Assembly: GCA_963677485.1 (NCBI GenBank)
Contig: OY781964.1
Coordinates: 4,768,001 to 4,832,000, forward strand
DNA from: Armatimonadota bacterium
GTDB taxonomy: Bacteria > Armatimonadota > HRBIN16
Direction of reading: 5' to 3'
DNA: 64,000 nucleotides
Below are positions 60,044 through 64,000 of this stretch, piece after piece (position 1 is the stretch's first letter; each line of letters begins with the position of its first letter). The notes below the pieces were generated by a model, which was not told the origin of the DNA, did no database searches, and worked only from the letters and a program-made list of their open reading frames with translations. Made by a program: the position numbers and the translations under genes.

Positions 60044-61120
60044 ATGAAGCGAGTTACCATCAATGATATCGCCAGGCAGCTAAATGTATCGGCGTGTACT
60101 GTCAGCAAAATACTGAACGGCAAGGGTAACTTCAGTGAACCGATGAAGAAGCTTGTTGTTGAGACCGCATCGGAGATGGGCTACACCCCAAACCGCCTTG
60201 CCGAGGCACTGGTGCGCAGAGATTTACATATGCTGGTTGTCACAACGAATGCTTGGCCTGAATACATTGGATTACTGGAAAAAGGGGTATCCAACGAAGT
60301 CAAACTGCTGCATGACTTTCATCTATATGCTTCATACCTCAAACTTGACGTCACCCAAGAAACCAAACATCTGGTAGATACCATAAAGCACGAGCTCAGC
60401 AGTCAACCCGATGCGATCGTACTCTGTGGATCGGGTGTTTTCTTTTCGCAACCACCCATGCTTTATCTTCTGAACGATGTGAAATGTCCTATCGTATTGA
60501 TTGGTCTAGATGCCCCACTCATCAACTCCTCCGCCCTGGTATTACACGATTCGGTTCTGTCGGGCGTCATGGCCGCAGAGTTGTTGTCATCGATGAACGT
60601 ACCCGGCGATTTTGCAGTGATAATTTGCAATCGCGGCGTCCCTGATTCGCTAAGCAAACTACAGGGCTTTACCGATGAGGCCGAAAGACGTGGTTACCGC
60701 ATGGCACACGTGATGGAAGCCAATGACAGCCCCGAAACCGCGCAGCAGATGATGAGGGACTGCCTTGACCGTTACCCGAATGTACGTGGTCTTTACTTTG
60801 CTACCGACAATTCGACATCGGCATGTCAGATAATCGCCGCACGAGAACATGCTCAACAAATCAGCATCGTCGCCACAGGGGCCTTTCCCGAGCTAATCAC
60901 CTACATGGAGCGTGGTGTTATCAATGCATCGATCTACCAAAACATGCATCAGCAAGGTCAGTTGGGTGTCCGCCTGGTCTATCGGCTGTTGACTGACCGC
61001 GTCGCACCAGACCGTCAAGTGCTGATACCCCCGTCCATCGTGCTGAACGCCAACTGGCGCTCGGTATGTCTGCAGGATGAGTTTGGTCCGTTGATGGACG
61101 CGCAAGGTCTGACACCTTAG
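60044..61120 (+). CDS. LacI-family transcriptional regulator
   Basis: VTINDIARQLNVSACTVSKILN, MGYTPNRLA, periplasmic-binding-type C-domain. Confidence 0.92.
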   Translation: MKRVTINDIARQLNVSACTVSKILNGKGNFSEPMKKLVVETASEMGYTPNRLAEALVRRDLHMLVVTTNAWPEYIGLLEKGVSNEVKLLHDFHLYASYLKLDVTQETKHLVDTIKHELSSQPDAIVLCGSGVFFSQPPMLYLLNDVKCPIVLIGLDAPLINSSALVLHDSVLSGVMAAELLSSMNVPGDFAVIICNRGVPDSLSKLQGFTDEAERRGYRMAHVMEANDSPETAQQMMRDCLDRYPNVRGLYFATDNSTSACQIIAAREHAQQISIVATGAFPELITYMERGVINASIYQNMHQQGQLGVRLVYRLLTDRVAPDRQVLIPPSIVLNANWRSVCLQDEFGPLMDAQGLTP

Positions 61121-61233
61121 CGGCCCATTCAGATACCCCCAAGACCACATATGCACATATGCTTCGACATACCCACATATATATGGTGTAATACCCAAGG
61201 GTTACCCTCATCTCATATCGAAAAGGTATATTC

Positions 61234-62283
61234 GTGTCTATACAAACAATCGTTGGCTGCATACTTGTTCTGATCGCCGGGCTCATTATGGGTGGTGGGG
61301 TTTGGCCGTATAAATTGATGAAGCGATATAGTTATGAGCACTGGATGTTCGTCGCCATGAGTGCTGGTCTTGTGATCATCCCATGGACCATCATATACCT
61401 CAACTGCCCTGATGTACTGAGCATCTACCGAAAACTATGGGCCAATAACCCAAGCGAGTTGATCCGCTCGAATCTATTAGCGATCGGCTGGGGCGTGGCG
61501 AACGTAACCGCTGCACTCTGTTACGCTCACATTGGTGTGGCTTTGACAGGGGCCATCCTGACCGGTGTAGGGGTCACCTTTGGCGTGCTCACCCCCTTGC
61601 TGTTGAAAAGCTCAGGCATGGGCGACTTTGGGAATGCACCAGACCTGTTGTCGGCCACAGGGATTTGGATACTGGCTGGCGTGGCTGTGATGCTCAGCGG
61701 TGTTGTCTTTGCAGCCGTTGCCGGGTTGGGCAGAGACAGGGTACTGAAAAAACTGAGCAGACCAGATGCAGGTCACTTCGTCAAGGGGCTCGTGATGGCC
61801 GTCGCCGCTGGAGCACTCTCAGCAGGACTTCCGCTGGCTTTCGTGTATAGTAATGGCCCCGTGGTCAAAGCGATGCAGGCCGCAGGTGCATCCAATTTCG
61901 TATCAAGCCTCGCGGTTTGGCCCATCGGCGCACTTGGGGGTGTTCTGGTGAACATCATCTACCCCGCCTGCCTGCTCACCAAGAACCGTTCCTGGGGCAC
62001 GCTTTACTCAGGATGGAGGGAGTTCATTCTGGCCGCGTTGATTGGTGCGAACATGATTATTTCGATGTCACTGCAAGGCTACGGTATGCGAATGATAGGC
62101 ATACTGGGGGCATCTGTGGGGATTGGAATTCAACAGGCGTCGCAGATCATGGGCGGCCAGGCGTTAGGGTTCATTAGCGGTGAATGGCGAGGAATCCACG
62201 GGAAGCCTCGCATGCTGATGTATCTGGCCATTGCGCTGTTGATCGTCGCCGCCATTGTGATGACCTACGGGAATCATACATAG
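61234..62283 (+). CDS. RhaT-like L-rhamnose/proton symporter (DMT superfamily)
   Basis: PYKLMKRYSYEHW, WGV, SGEWRG; about 10 TMs. Confidence 0.78.
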   Translation: MSIQTIVGCILVLIAGLIMGGGVWPYKLMKRYSYEHWMFVAMSAGLVIIPWTIIYLNCPDVLSIYRKLWANNPSELIRSNLLAIGWGVANVTAALCYAHIGVALTGAILTGVGVTFGVLTPLLLKSSGMGDFGNAPDLLSATGIWILAGVAVMLSGVVFAAVAGLGRDRVLKKLSRPDAGHFVKGLVMAVAAGALSAGLPLAFVYSNGPVVKAMQAAGASNFVSSLAVWPIGALGGVLVNIIYPACLLTKNRSWGTLYSGWREFILAALIGANMIISMSLQGYGMRMIGILGASVGIGIQQASQIMGGQALGFISGEWRGIHGKPRMLMYLAIALLIVAAIVMTYGNHT

Positions 62284-62359
62284 CAGGATCGACTACTTAT
62301 GTTTACACAAATCGCACTTTAGGTGTAATGTATACCGTTGCGCAGCCTCATACCAACCA

Positions 62360-63121
62360 TTATTTGTGCTGATCATCTTCAGCATGATCTTTCGCTTCAG
62401 CCTCAGTATGTGTCCTCTTACTAATATCTTCCATAAAGTCGGTTTGAATCTGTTGTATCTCTAGCAGCCTTTGCCATTGCTGATGCAACAAGTGGTCTAT
62501 CTTCTCGCTTATTACCCGTATTTCCAGTTCGGCCTTTAAGTTAATTTGGTAGTCATGTTCGGCGCGCAGCCGGTCGCGTGTTTCCTGCCGGTTCTGGCTC
62601 ATCATGATAACCGGAGCTTGTATCGCGGCTATGCAAGACAGCACCAGATTTAACAGTATGAACGGATATGGATCGAAGTGGCGGATAAGAATAATGGAGT
62701 TCATTGTGATCCATATGGCCAACACTGCCCCGAAAAGTATAATGAAATTCCAACTGCCCCCAAACTTAGCCACTTTATCTGCAGTCCGTTGACCAAAAGT
62801 CGACTTCGTGTCCACATCATCATTGATGTTCTTCGCCAACAAGGCATCGCTATTAATCGCTTTAACAACCTCACCTTCCACCTCGGTAAGCTCACGGTTG
62901 TCTTGCTCCAGACTGTGCTGAACATACAAGGATCTGTAGTGTTCCAAGTCATCCCGGCAGATGAAATCATCATTCGACCACTTGGGGTGATCCTTGCGTA
63001 TTTCGCTGGCCAATGACTGCCGGACAACAGCTCCAGGCATCAGATCGTTTGGCAGAAAACTCTTTTGACAGACAGCGCATACAGCCTTGCCTTCTGATGA
63101 AATATTCATTTGGTGCTCCAT
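62360..63121 (-). CDS. DUF1003 domain membrane protein
   Basis: ADKVAKFGGSW, FDPYPFILLNL.LS..AA.QAPVIMMSQNRQ, NLKAELEI. Confidence 0.92.
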   Translation of the reverse strand: MEHQMNISSEGKAVCAVCQKSFLPNDLMPGAVVRQSLASEIRKDHPKWSNDDFICRDDLEHYRSLYVQHSLEQDNRELTEVEGEVVKAINSDALLAKNINDDVDTKSTFGQRTADKVAKFGGSWNFIILFGAVLAIWITMNSIILIRHFDPYPFILLNLVLSCIAAIQAPVIMMSQNRQETRDRLRAEHDYQINLKAELEIRVISEKIDHLLHQQWQRLLEIQQIQTDFMEDISKRTHTEAEAKDHAEDDQHK

Positions 63122-63395
63122 GGTATAGATTATAAGCTTGTTGTTATAGGAACTTCATTGACTAGATATACGCGACACATAGACGGTATGTTCCCATAAC
63201 ATTTCTGACAAACCTCAAAGTAGTGCCAAGCGGGCGTTTATGGAAAGAATGACGCATGAACATATCGATTGTGACGCACTACATACTTTGGTGTGTGATG
63301 GTACAATTACGACAAGGGATGTAATCATTCCTTACTCGTCTCTTGTTACTCTTCATAGCGTATCGTATAAGCTTTAGTCGGACAAGGAGGATTAC

Positions 63396-64000
63396 ATGCT
63401 AAGTAAAACAGCTCAGCTAATCATCTGCATTATTTTGGTTACACATGCAACCATTTCAGGGGTTTCAGCAGCCGTACCAGACCTGCGCGGGATATGGGAC
63501 AGTGAAGCCAATGGAGAGAAGGGCATCACTGAGATCACGCAACAGAATGGAGCCGAGTTCTCGGGCACTGTTCACGGAAAACCCATGACCCTCGGCAAAC
63601 TTAAGGAATATCTCGTCACATTCACCTGTGATGCTTCCGGAAATAGGCAAGACTACAAAGCTCTGCTGACGAAAATGCCTAATGGTAAATACAGTATGGC
63701 TGGTTTCTACAAAACGAACGGCCTCGGGGCATCTGTATATACAGCCAAAAAGCGTGACAGTGTATCTCAAGTCGCAGACAAGGCTCCTGCACCGATACCA
63801 CCACCAGCCACCAAGCCGGCACAGAAACCAGCCAACGGCCCACCAGCTAATCAGCCAAACACGCCGATCGCCGACACTGGACCTTATGTCGAGCAGACGA
63901 CAAAACCCGCACCCCTGACGGTAATGGTCACCAAAATGCAGGCTCCCCTGCTCACTGTCAGACGCGAACTTGGCGATACACATATTGCTGGTCCTGATTC
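63396..64000 (+). CDS. Secreted hypothetical protein, truncated by window end (not in ORF track)
   Basis: AAGGAGG SD + ATG; MLSKTAQLIICIILVTHATISGVSAAVPDLRGIW... open to the end; Pro/Ala-rich linker. Confidence 0.75.
   Translation, partial: MLSKTAQLIICIILVTHATISGVSAAVPDLRGIWDSEANGEKGITEITQQNGAEFSGTVHGKPMTLGKLKEYLVTFTCDASGNRQDYKALLTKMPNGKYSMAGFYKTNGLGASVYTAKKRDSVSQVADKAPAPIPPPATKPAQKPANGPPANQPNTPIADTGPYVEQTTKPAPLTVMVTKMQAPLLTVRRELGDTHIAGPD

Noticed and set aside
63122-63395. 274-bp intergenic region as possible riboswitch or sRNA
   Set aside because: No riboswitch consensus recognised; explained as a divergent promoter region.
63465-63983. 172-aa minus-strand ORF
   Set aside because: Antisense to the plus-strand ORF starting at 63396, which has a strong SD and signal peptide.

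Overview
Bacterial chromosome window; the C-terminal dockerin-like tail and gene content suggest Armatimonadota (inference). Left half (1-32.8 kb) is mostly housekeeping: an ice-binding protein; a translin-family gene split by a complete IS21-family element (6-bp target duplication); an efp-[Cys-rich membrane protein]-accB-like-accC-nusB-folD-ispA-translin operon; tRNA-Ala(GGC); rpsU-pgpH-ybeY-dgkA-pspA; sugar-nucleotide genes; ftsY; pcrA; a full hypABFCDE set with a divergent maturation protease; mazG; ppdK. Right half (32.9-64 kb) is accessory carbohydrate use (several glycoside hydrolases, GH172, sialidase-like, malectin protein, AraC/LacI, RhaT). Most notable: (1) a ~713-bp cassette with a lone GxxExxY nuclease gene between 39-bp inverted repeats built from 8-bp nnGCAAAG units, a candidate nuclease-associated mobile/REP-like system; (2) an AccB-like protein lacking the biotin-accepting lysine (ESMSI), paired with a divergent AccC; (3) an IS21 end that supplies an in-frame SD+TTG for the truncated translin; (4) an internal helix duplication in NusB; (5) an apparently circularly permuted domain in the 1429-aa malectin protein. 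All calls come from motif recognition by eye; no searches were run.
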